Of a stretch of 56,670 nt of DNA, positions 18,501 through 26,587 are shown one piece after another; the stretch's first letter is position 1, and every line of letters begins with the position of its first letter. The notes under the pieces were generated by a model that was not told the origin of the DNA, did not search any database, and saw only the letters and a list, made by a program, of their open reading frames with translations. Made by a program: the position numbers and the translations under genes. The DNA is from a virus (Duplodnaviria > Caudoviricetes). Location: positions 1-56,670 of the IMG/VR virus record IMGVR_UViG_3300042891_000430; one strand, given 5' to 3'.

Positions 18501-21500
18501 ATCTGTACAAGGTCAGAGATAGTGCGGAGCGGGTTAGTATCCTTCCCAAATATGCGGTCGCCCATCTGAGCGATTTCGTTCAAACGAGAAAGCGCAATAG
18601 TGGCTTTGGTAGGAGTTCTGTAACTCGCAGTCGGTACGAACATCGCTTCTGCGACGGTCGTAGCTTCCTTCTTAATCTCAGTCTCAGCCTTTGGCTTCGG
18701 CTGTTCGTTACTACCGAAGTTACTGGCGAGCTCATCGATAAAGGGCTTAGCGTTCTTAAAGTTGAAGTCGGCACCGAGCTCTTCTTTAAGTACGTTCACA
18801 AGCTCCGTTGCCGTCTCGCGATCAACGCCACGGCTCTCAAGCTCACGACGGATGCTAGCGTCGATACCACGACGAGCAGCGTAGTCTGGAACATTAACGT
18901 CGCGAACTTCGCGCGCGGCCATGGCACGCGCCATCTCTTCGGGCTTGAGTGCAGAGTATTTTGCACCGCGAGGAAGTGCCTCACGTTCTTCAAATGCACG
19001 GTCAGTATAGCGGATAGCTTCTTCAAGGGCCGAGCGTGTATTCGGCGTAGTGCCAAGCGTCTGACGGACGAGGTCGACCATCGCCTTGAACGTGTCACGC
19101 ACCCAGCCGCCAGCCGGGTTGATGTTCATAGCGCGGAGCTGTGCGTCAGAGATCTTGATCTCTGTGAGCAAGTCTTGGAAGTCAGGGTTGGACCAAGTCT
19201 CCGAGATAAACTCGTCAGCGTTCTTGAGGCCGTACCGAACATCAAGCGCTTCGTATGCTGCTTTGAGCTCGGGGTTGTTCTCAAGCTCGCTCTTCACAAA
19301 ATCGCGAAGGCTTTCGATCTGCTTAGCAAGAGCCTTGTTACGGCGGATAGCATTTGCCAGCACACCATGCAGCGCCTCATGGATAATGAGGTTGCGTCCT
19401 TCCCGCGTGCCGGGAACATAATAGTCCTCATGGATGAGGATATGGTTCTTGATCGGATCGTAAGCACCTGCAATGCGGTCGCTACGCCCAGTCAGGATAT
19501 TGGCGCGGCGCATTGTGTCGTTATCGACGACCATTACCTTCATGTCGCCAATGAGGCGCATGATACGGCTTTCGATAAAATCGCTTAACGCGTTACGAAC
19601 CTTCTTCTTGTCCCCAGTGAGTACGTTCTCAGCGAACATCTCACGGACAGTCGTTTCGCGGCTTGCGTAGATTGGCTCGTCTGAGATCTCGTTAATGAGA
19701 CGGCGGAACTCGCTTGTCTGCAAACGGCTGATCGGAAACTCAGCGTTGGCACGAACAGCGGCAAGGAACTCGCCCTTGTCAGAACGGACGATCCAATTCT
19801 TAAACTGGCTATCCGTCATGTTGTTCAGGCGTTCGGCAAGGCGAGCCTTCTCAGAACCACGCGACGAGTACTCAGCCTTCAGAAGATCATAGATGCTGAC
19901 TTCGCGACCAGTAAGTTTGGCGTAATTATCAGCCGCGTCTTCTGCGGCTTTGGCGCGGTTCTCGTCCAGAGAGATGTAGTTCTGCTGATCGTTAACGTCA
20001 GACTGACCGCCAGACTTATCACTCTTTTTGCTGTCGAGATGAAGACGTGCAATCTCTTCGAGCTGCTCCTTTGGAAGAGCAAGGAACGCATCCTTATCCT
20101 TCTGCCGCTTGAGCTGAGTTTCTACGATATCGTCAATGGCAGCTTTAACCTGCGCGTCAGTGTAGTCGCGCTTCTCCACCTCAGGAGGAGTTTCGGGTTC
20201 AGGAAGTTCTGCCTTAGCTGCAGCTTCTTCCTCTGCTACGCGACGACGTTCGATGGTCTCAAGATTAGCTTCATGTTCTTGCTGCCATGCAGCATCAATC
20301 TTTTTAGTGCGCTCAGTGTTTGCAGCCGAGCGGCCACGTGTCTGACCAGACTTCGCTTCAGCGGCGTCCTTGTAATACTGCGGTGCAGCATCTCCAGCGG
20401 TCTTAACGGCAGTGAGGGCGCGGCGCACAAATCGGTCGCGTGCTTTCGGGTTAGTCGTATCAGGGGCAACACCGAAGTCACGGTTGTCGCCTTCTGTAGT
20501 CAAGCGATAACCGCGCTGCGCGGCAGCGGCTTCGCGGGCAAGTTCTGCTTCCTGCTCAGCGCTACGAAGGATACGACGCGGCGGCTGCTCAGCCTTCGGC
20601 GGCGTTACTTCGGTAGTAACAGGAGCTTCCGACGCTGCTGCCTTTGGCTTTTCGGGAGCCTTAACGCGGCGGCGCACACGCTCAACGATTGGCCCAGTCT
20701 TGGGACCGGCACCGGCGGGAGGAGTTTCGACGCGCTCTGCTATGACTTCCTGCGGTGTGCGGACTTCGACAGTATCAGTAGGTGCAGCCTGTTCGGCTAC
20801 CTTGGCGATATCAGCGTTAACCGTCTCGCTGCTCGTCAGAGCATCAGTCTTCGGCGTACCAGCTTCATCACGAACTGTGATGGCTGCAGGCTCTGCGCCA
20901 CGCTCTTCGACGGCACGAACTGCTTCTGTCTTAGAAGTATCACCCATGCCAAGGGCTTCGTTAAGACGCCCCTTTTTATCAAGATCACGCAGAGCTTTGG
21001 CGGTAATCTTTTTGGGGTTGTAGTACGCACGAGTACCGCTCGGCAGCTTGATGGACTTCATACCTTCTGGCAGAGGAGGGATGCCATTCTGCACAAGTTG
21101 GCGATCTTCAAACGTCACACCTTCTGGGAACAAAACAGTAGAACGGCCAGCTTCAGGACTGACCATATCATTGACCTGAGCCTCAAACTGTTCGGGCTTC
21201 TCGGCAACAGTTGGTTCGCCCTGCGTGCGTTGTTCGATTGTAGGCTCAGGCTGGGTTGCTTCGATACCAGCTTTGATATTTTCGTCTTCGATCTGACGCT
21301 TTGTCTTACCTTCTGGCGGTGTCAGCGATAGCTCGCTGAAATCTAACCTGCCTGTGGTCCAATGGCTTTTACCGTTCTTGCTTGTATAGAAGCCAAACGA
21401 TGGACCAGTTGTGCCGTCAGAAAATACAGACCGCACAACGGTGCGCGGTAAGCGGCGTCTGCCAGAAAGGAAAGCACCAATCCCAGTCGCAGGTTCCTTG

Positions 21501-23020
21501 TGCTCGACTGTGAATGTGAGAACGCCATCCGGCGTATATAGCTTTGTTCCCTCGGGAAGCTTCTGCAGCGTCTCATACGCGGCACGTGGATACGCTTTTG
21601 TACCCTGCGCTTCAACAACATCAGAGAACGAGACGTCAGCGGGGGCAGGCTTAGCTTCTTCAGTAGTTTTAGCTGCGGCTTCCTCAGCCGCGCGCTGCTC
21701 TCTAACGCGGCGCACAAGCTCTTTAGCTCGCTCGTTAAGATCGTTCTTCGCTGCGGCCTCAACCGTCGGATCGATATCAGTTGTCGTTGCCGTACCAGCG
21801 TCAGGCTTTACTGCTTCTGCTACTGCCGGATCGACACCAGCGGGTGGGCGGGCAGCACGTTCTTCTGCACGGCGCTCGATGCGGCCAGCAACCTTTACAC
21901 CACCAAACGGGACACCGCTGAAGAACGCATTAACAGTAGCATCCGCGACCTTAGCTGCACGATGAACAAAGTCTTCGTTACCACCGAAGTAACCGGCCAG
22001 AAGCTCGGTCGTTGCAGCGCTAGCGAACCCGCCAACGGCAAACATGGCAGGATCGGCGACGGCCAGACGAGCAAGATCGCGTGTGAAGTTCTGTGTGAAC
22101 TTACCCGGATCGCCGATGTACTTAACCATCAAACCAGTGGCGAGACCGTTCACGGCACCGCCAATGAGTGAAATCCTACGGACGTCCTGCTGTGTTAGCT
22201 CGCCAGACTTGAGCTTGTCTTGGATGCCCTTGTCTTCGAGCAAAGCGTTGTACGTCGCACCGATACCTTGCACGGCACCAATGCCCACGCCTGTCGCGAC
22301 ACCGCCAAGCATGAAAGGAGCGAAGCCACCAAAGCCTTCGCCAAAACGCTCCATCAGGTATGTGCCGAAATCCCCGACACCCCTAACTTCGCTCAGGCTA
22401 TTGATCTCACCGCGAACCAGTTTGGCCTGACCTTCAGACCAATCAGCAAGATCTTTGGCCCAGTCCAGTTTGATCTCTTCGTTCGTCAGAAGTTCTGACA
22501 TCACGTTGAGACCACGTGCCGCTTCACCAATCGAACCAGCCATACCCTTAGCGGCAGACATGGTGAACGGTGCGACGAGCTTAGAAGCGAGCTGACCAGC
22601 TACGACGTTACCGCCAGCGGGGTCATAGAAGTCGCCCATAGCGTTACTAACGCCAAGGCCAACGTCACGAAACTGATCGCCTTCGTTACCAAGCCCTTGG
22701 TCACGCGGCTGCTCTTGGAAAACAGAACTGTCGCGCACACGCTCGGGCTCGGAGGCTGGCATGGGGGCATCGCGCATGATCGCAAGACCTGCGCTATCAC
22801 CCATCGGATCAGTGCCCATCAGCGGAGGCTCAACGCGCCCCGGTGCGGTCTCTTTCTCTGGCTCAGTCGAGCTAATATCACGCAGATATTGTTCGCCAGC
22901 CTTTAGAGCTTGGCCGACAAAACCCGGCTTCGGATTGTTTTCATCATAGAGAAACTGTTCGAAATCCAGTTTCTCATCCGCATTGCTTTTGAGAAACTGT
23001 TCGAAATCGAGCTCAGCCAT
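15590..23020 (-). CDS. Giant internal virion/ejection protein (polyvalent-protein-like)
   Basis: About 2476 aa; HEALH zincin motif and PLxRFG-like YFNFARRGDF; last of three ejection-position genes. Confidence 0.75.
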   Translation of the reverse strand: MAELDFEQFLKSNADEKLDFEQFLYDENNPKPGFVGQALKAGEQYLRDISSTEPEKETAPGRVEPPLMGTDPMGDSAGLAIMRDAPMPASEPERVRDSSVFQEQPRDQGLGNEGDQFRDVGLGVSNAMGDFYDPAGGNVVAGQLASKLVAPFTMSAAKGMAGSIGEAARGLNVMSELLTNEEIKLDWAKDLADWSEGQAKLVRGEINSLSEVRGVGDFGTYLMERFGEGFGGFAPFMLGGVATGVGIGAVQGIGATYNALLEDKGIQDKLKSGELTQQDVRRISLIGGAVNGLATGLMVKYIGDPGKFTQNFTRDLARLAVADPAMFAVGGFASAATTELLAGYFGGNEDFVHRAAKVADATVNAFFSGVPFGGVKVAGRIERRAEERAARPPAGVDPAVAEAVKPDAGTATTTDIDPTVEAAAKNDLNERAKELVRRVREQRAAEEAAAKTTEEAKPAPADVSFSDVVEAQGTKAYPRAAYETLQKLPEGTKLYTPDGVLTFTVEHKEPATGIGAFLSGRRRLPRTVVRSVFSDGTTGPSFGFYTSKNGKSHWTTGRLDFSELSLTPPEGKTKRQIEDENIKAGIEATQPEPTIEQRTQGEPTVAEKPEQFEAQVNDMVSPEAGRSTVLFPEGVTFEDRQLVQNGIPPLPEGMKSIKLPSGTRAYYNPKKITAKALRDLDKKGRLNEALGMGDTSKTEAVRAVEERGAEPAAITVRDEAGTPKTDALTSSETVNADIAKVAEQAAPTDTVEVRTPQEVIAERVETPPAGAGPKTGPIVERVRRRVKAPEKPKAAASEAPVTTEVTPPKAEQPPRRILRSAEQEAELAREAAAAQRGYRLTTEGDNRDFGVAPDTTNPKARDRFVRRALTAVKTAGDAAPQYYKDAAEAKSGQTRGRSAANTERTKKIDAAWQQEHEANLETIERRRVAEEEAAAKAELPEPETPPEVEKRDYTDAQVKAAIDDIVETQLKRQKDKDAFLALPKEQLEEIARLHLDSKKSDKSGGQSDVNDQQNYISLDENRAKAAEDAADNYAKLTGREVSIYDLLKAEYSSRGSEKARLAERLNNMTDSQFKNWIVRSDKGEFLAAVRANAEFPISRLQTSEFRRLINEISDEPIYASRETTVREMFAENVLTGDKKKVRNALSDFIESRIMRLIGDMKVMVVDNDTMRRANILTGRSDRIAGAYDPIKNHILIHEDYYVPGTREGRNLIIHEALHGVLANAIRRNKALAKQIESLRDFVKSELENNPELKAAYEALDVRYGLKNADEFISETWSNPDFQDLLTEIKISDAQLRAMNINPAGGWVRDTFKAMVDLVRQTLGTTPNTRSALEEAIRYTDRAFEEREALPRGAKYSALKPEEMARAMAAREVRDVNVPDYAARRGIDASIRRELESRGVDRETATELVNVLKEELGADFNFKNAKPFIDELASNFGSNEQPKPKAETEIKKEATTVAEAMFVPTASYRTPTKATIALSRLNEIAQMGDRIFGKDTNPLRTISDLVQMQGREKAKILTDFEADLIELAAASNKFKGNGFEEMVAIALDASRAQVHPDVPLADPKNKHLGKDKMSGVWGKSQHPQLAERFKALADKTPELAQIYTKIRDMLPKMLDARLRTVVDAVLRGADIDDPAVAQRFMDGKTTAADVDAVGPILAKHIANVVDAARLDGPYFNFARRGDFVVHGRYKIEAPANATKVRDNTFDFKDRKDAEEWVRKQSLPTSFESVYIDPKTGKDFFTDDKGEQIKVTKQDVDGEQRFRVTVQDRYTEFVESLSEAKSRTKELRDEGLAMSDPEDRKNLTTGQWRDLLPNQIRSLMETAEQRLGTSKLTPTQRNEITGILNEFSITMMGPNRIQSTQMPRRNVAGMSTDFVRNTIEYMERSAGYMARTKFQEAMTKALKDLNDRTEKLSALGTGNGTMARRLANEVENRVIGSNAIEEASSFGRGVDRVNALSYADKLLSLGYSMTNLTQITYTFAELGGDHGAARSAYHIVKAYNDVSAGRLLGRGAAETVKAVIGKDGNAPYIEQVKARLSPKEQELLDFLVDRGVVDPDAGFDMTAIKRQRGGKTIGDKVVAGADKGIDYLSNVARALPRAVEAVNRTVTALAAYRLEMKRNGGDHEKAMRYAQDVVSNSQFNSSPTNVPPTFRNKYLRLPLQFKLFLQGSIHAVGRQVGRAIRNESPGDRVKAVRALAIYTASYAAMAGVLGLPGMELAKIALLLANALNISDFKPSDFERMVRRYMAGMLGNEGGEIASRGLTRMIGVDTSNRLGFPTILFGEPRGDTEDAAWAYVAKLVGGAPTAYVVDAVKGFRAAMSGDWQKAAELTIPIKALSDYLKADRVSKEGLKNEAGRQTFTPYTTQEKVTRAIGFTPAREAERFEERSAIQGDLARYNKERQKLMNDWVSNPNNRAKAMIAIEKFNRGKPKDAQIDMKDLRASEKRRQTEEKKGTVVQGIRTNKRNQYILEDIDYYNTGK

Positions 23021-25053
23021 CACAGTCCCTCAGTCGAAAATCCGTTTTCTTTCAGGTAGTTTAGCATATCCTGACGTCTAGCTGGGTTCTCTTTTAGGAC
23101 ACGCTTAGCTTCTTTCATATCTTCTGCGGAGAGAGGAGAAGGACCACGGTCACGAACTGACTTCTGCACGCCCATGATCTGGCGTGCCGTCGCACCATCA
23201 ACGATCACAGGGCGGTTGTCACCAATACGCAGACGACCTGAACTGTCGAAACGTACAGGCGTGTTTGGGTCGACAGCTTCATTCATCAAACGAGCCACTT
23301 GGCCCTTAGTCATCTCGTTCTTCTGGCCAATGACAACGGCAGCATCTTGGATGCGGCCAATGTCTTTTTTCGGTAAGCGCTTGGCAAGCATAGTCGGAGC
23401 TTCTGGAGTACCAGCAATAGCTTCTTCGTACTCTTTGTAGACATCGTTGAGCTTCTCGCCCTTGACCGAAAGGTTCGTCGTGTTCTCCGAACGGATATCG
23501 GCCTTCGTCGATCCAAGCTGACCAGTCGTCATGCTCTCAACAAAGCGGCCACGAGCGCGTGCCGGGGCAGTAGCCTCAGAACGTGCATCGCCTTGGACGA
23601 CCGGGATCGCTTCGCCAGTGTCGACATCCTTGTCAGACAGCATATCGACGTAACCACGGGTAGTAACCGCACGGGTCATTTTATCGACGTCGACCGCTTC
23701 GCTAGCCTTAGCCTTTGCTGAACCGCTGGGAGACAATGGTGTCACGCCAAGACCGCGCAATGCGTAAGCTACGCCAGTATCAGAGCGCTTCTTAGCTGGG
23801 ATATTCTGACGTACACCAGCAACGATCTTGCCGTAAACTTCGGTAGCCTTGTCCTCAATCCGCGCACGCTCTTCCTCCGTCTCAGCGGCAGCGTGTTGGC
23901 GTTTGAGGATGTTATGCTCCTTAATCAGAGCGGTAGTATCAATAGCTTCAGTGGCTGGAGCTGTTGCACCGGCCTTAGCCTGAGGCTTCGCACCAATCCC
24001 ACGCGCTTTGGCTTGCGCTGCAACCTGACCGAGCTGTTGTGTGAACGCCTGACCGCTTCTGAGTTGCTGCGCCATCTGGGCAAGCTGCGGCGGTGTAGCG
24101 TTAATCTCTTCCTGAGTGACGTTACCCTTAACGATCTTAGCTTTAACTGCCCCATCGGGGCCGACGGTGAAGTCTTCACCCTCAGTCGCAACTGCCGGAC
24201 GGATCTGCATCGGGCCCGGAAGATCGTAATTGTAGGCGTCGGCGATCAACTTAGCTGCAGAGCGAACGTCACCGTCTTCGAGTGCCTGTGTGGCAAGCAT
24301 ACCGCGCGTCTGCGAGTTAGCCTTGTTGTACATAAGAAGGCCATTGGCAGCGGCGGCACCCTTATCGGGTTCGCCCTTCTTATCATAGTACTCGTACATC
24401 GCTGCGATACGCGCCGCGCTCTTGGCTTCCTCAGGAAGCACATTGTCGGGATCGATGATCTGATCGAGGGCTGCAATTTGGTCCTTAGTGAACGCGCCCT
24501 TGTTCTGGGCGAACGCGCGATACTTGTCTTCGCCGCCGTCGACAGCCACAGCTTCGTTACTAGCCGTGAGGTTCTGGACCATGTTCTTAACACCGGCATC
24601 CACGCCGGGAGACGCAAGCTCGAACATCTTGTCTGCTACGTCGAACTGCTCAGTATTAGTGGGAGCGGCTTCATCTGACGGCGTAGTAGCATCGTCAACA
24701 GCGCGCTTTATGCTCGAACCTACGAGACCGCCAGTCGCGTAAAGTTCAGACGTGCCTGCCCCAATGTTGGGGTCCATCTTGTTGTAGTTAATGATGTCTT
24801 CGTCGAGCTTATTTAGTGTGTTGATGTCGCCAGCGCGGAACGCGCGACCGCGAGCACCAAGCAGGCTCTTCGCACCAGCTTCGAAATCAGACAACGAACT
24901 ATCTTCGTCTTCGTCACTACCATAACCGTAATGGCGCTTTGAAGCACCACTACGGGCCTTGAGGTAGGCTTTGCGGTACTCGCTATCGTCCATCATCTTC
25001 CAGCCAGACTGCAGGCCAGCGGTGAACTCTTTAAGCTCTTGAGCGAAACCCAT
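23020..25053 (-). CDS. Putative ejection/internal virion protein
   Basis: Ala-rich and helical; located after the nozzle/GNAT genes; contains YATGGLV. Confidence 0.6.
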   Translation of the reverse strand: MGFAQELKEFTAGLQSGWKMMDDSEYRKAYLKARSGASKRHYGYGSDEDEDSSLSDFEAGAKSLLGARGRAFRAGDINTLNKLDEDIINYNKMDPNIGAGTSELYATGGLVGSSIKRAVDDATTPSDEAAPTNTEQFDVADKMFELASPGVDAGVKNMVQNLTASNEAVAVDGGEDKYRAFAQNKGAFTKDQIAALDQIIDPDNVLPEEAKSAARIAAMYEYYDKKGEPDKGAAAANGLLMYNKANSQTRGMLATQALEDGDVRSAAKLIADAYNYDLPGPMQIRPAVATEGEDFTVGPDGAVKAKIVKGNVTQEEINATPPQLAQMAQQLRSGQAFTQQLGQVAAQAKARGIGAKPQAKAGATAPATEAIDTTALIKEHNILKRQHAAAETEEERARIEDKATEVYGKIVAGVRQNIPAKKRSDTGVAYALRGLGVTPLSPSGSAKAKASEAVDVDKMTRAVTTRGYVDMLSDKDVDTGEAIPVVQGDARSEATAPARARGRFVESMTTGQLGSTKADIRSENTTNLSVKGEKLNDVYKEYEEAIAGTPEAPTMLAKRLPKKDIGRIQDAAVVIGQKNEMTKGQVARLMNEAVDPNTPVRFDSSGRLRIGDNRPVIVDGATARQIMGVQKSVRDRGPSPLSAEDMKEAKRVLKENPARRQDMLNYLKENGFSTEGL

Positions 25054-26147
25054 TAGACGGCTCCACGGGATGCAAATGTCGGGGGTTGAATTGGTGCCAT
25101 ACCAACTTCAGGGATTGCTCCAGAACGCTGCGGAAGATCCGTGCGCTCCTTCTTAGCTTTCTCGATCATTTGGTGCATGGTCTTCTCGCCGACCCAAGCG
25201 ACGACGTCCTTAGGAACAACGAACTCGCCAGCGTTCAGACGGGCAGGGACATCGTCGACGGCCTTACCACGTGTCGGAGAAGCTTCGGCTGGGACTGCGC
25301 CACCAGAGACCGGACCACCATCTTCAAGGTAAGACATAGCCGCTTTGGCTCCGATACCAAGAACGGTACCAGCCAGACCGCCCCAACCTGATGAGCTGGA
25401 CTGATTAGCCTTCCAAGCATCAAGCGAGTTCTGGTAACCCATATTGAGGATGTTGCCCCAAGTACCAACGGCTTGGTTGCCGAGACCCTGCCACTGAGTA
25501 GCCGTTCCCATGGTGTTAGCACCGGAGGCTGTGGTAGCGAGGCCAGCATTGACTGCTTGGTTACCACCCTGAAGTGCAGTGCCGTATGTAGCGGCAACCT
25601 GACCGGGGTAGCCCCTGCCGACGTTGATGGCTTCAGAACGCAGGGCGCGGGATACCGCGTCAACCTGAGCGTTGGCTTGGTTACCAGCAGCCGCCGTAGC
25701 AGCCGCCTGACCTGTACGAGCGCCGATATCAAGAGCAGCGTAACGGGTCGAGCTCGGATCAATACCGAAACTCTCAAGGTTACGGGTAGCGGCCTCGCGA
25801 GCGCGGTCAAACTGCTGGGCTACGCCAGCTTGGGCGCGTCCAACTTCAAGTTCGCGGCGTTCTTTAGTGCCATATGTCGAGGCGTCCCGTATGAGGTCCA
25901 TCTCAAGCGGGCGGTATTTCTCGGTATAGAAGGCGCGATCAGCTTCGGCGGCTCGCTGATTGTCCTCCATGATCTGCATGGCGCGGCCAATGACGCGGTC
26001 TGAGACTTCGCGGTCAAGCCTATATTGTTCCTTAGCCCAGTCTAGCTGCTCACGGCCTAGCTTATAGGAGTACTCGGCAGACTTCTCTGAGGCTGCGGCG
26101 AGTTGGCTATAATCTGGTGCCGGAGGTGCCTTAGCTTTACCACCCAT
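25053..26147 (-). CDS. Putative DNA ejection (pilot) protein
   Basis: MGGKAKAPPAPDY N-terminus, Ala/Gly/Gln-rich, and DDVPARLNAGEFVVP motif. Confidence 0.7.
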   Translation of the reverse strand: MGGKAKAPPAPDYSQLAAASEKSAEYSYKLGREQLDWAKEQYRLDREVSDRVIGRAMQIMEDNQRAAEADRAFYTEKYRPLEMDLIRDASTYGTKERRELEVGRAQAGVAQQFDRAREAATRNLESFGIDPSSTRYAALDIGARTGQAAATAAAGNQANAQVDAVSRALRSEAINVGRGYPGQVAATYGTALQGGNQAVNAGLATTASGANTMGTATQWQGLGNQAVGTWGNILNMGYQNSLDAWKANQSSSSGWGGLAGTVLGIGAKAAMSYLEDGGPVSGGAVPAEASPTRGKAVDDVPARLNAGEFVVPKDVVAWVGEKTMHQMIEKAKKERTDLPQRSGAIPEVGMAPIQPPTFASRGAV

Positions 26148-26587
26148 TACGCAGCCTCCTGCATCAAAAACTCGCGGCTAGGTTTCAGTTTTAGCCAACG
26201 GCAGTCTTCACGAACCATAGACACAACGATCAAGTCCTCGTCTGGGAAGACATCCTTGATCCGAGCCTCTATCTTAAACCCTAATTTAAGGTCAAAGTCT
26301 AGGGCATGACTGTTGTTTGCAGGTATTTGGCCGAACAGTTTCCGGCATCCTAGCTGCACAAATGGGTAATGGAACGTGATCCAAAGCATGTCCCTACTGG
26401 CCCACTTTGCATCAATACCATAGGTGTGCAGGTTAATACTTGCACCAGTGTACCCATTGAAAATAACGCCACCAGTCAACTCACCATTGCGGACATTAGA
26501 GATGACGCGGTCGACGGCTGGATTGAACTGTACGCCTGCCCCTTCGGCTATTAGATATCCGTGAACTGGATTACCTAGCTCGATCAT
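26147..26587 (-). CDS. GNAT-fold acetyltransferase-like morphogenesis protein
   Basis: F.YPF.QLG, N..AL.F..KLGF..E; typical position before podovirus ejection genes. Confidence 0.75.
   Translation of the reverse strand: MIELGNPVHGYLIAEGAGVQFNPAVDRVISNVRNGELTGGVIFNGYTGASINLHTYGIDAKWASRDMLWITFHYPFVQLGCRKLFGQIPANNSHALDFDLKLGFKIEARIKDVFPDEDLIVVSMVREDCRWLKLKPSREFLMQEAA

Noticed and set aside
15689-22498. Long + strand ORFs (402, 336, 436 and 430 aa) opposite the giant gene, and similar antisense ORFs opposite the capsid and fibre genes
   Set aside because: They are shadow frames caused by codon bias of the real - strand genes and show no recognisable motifs.
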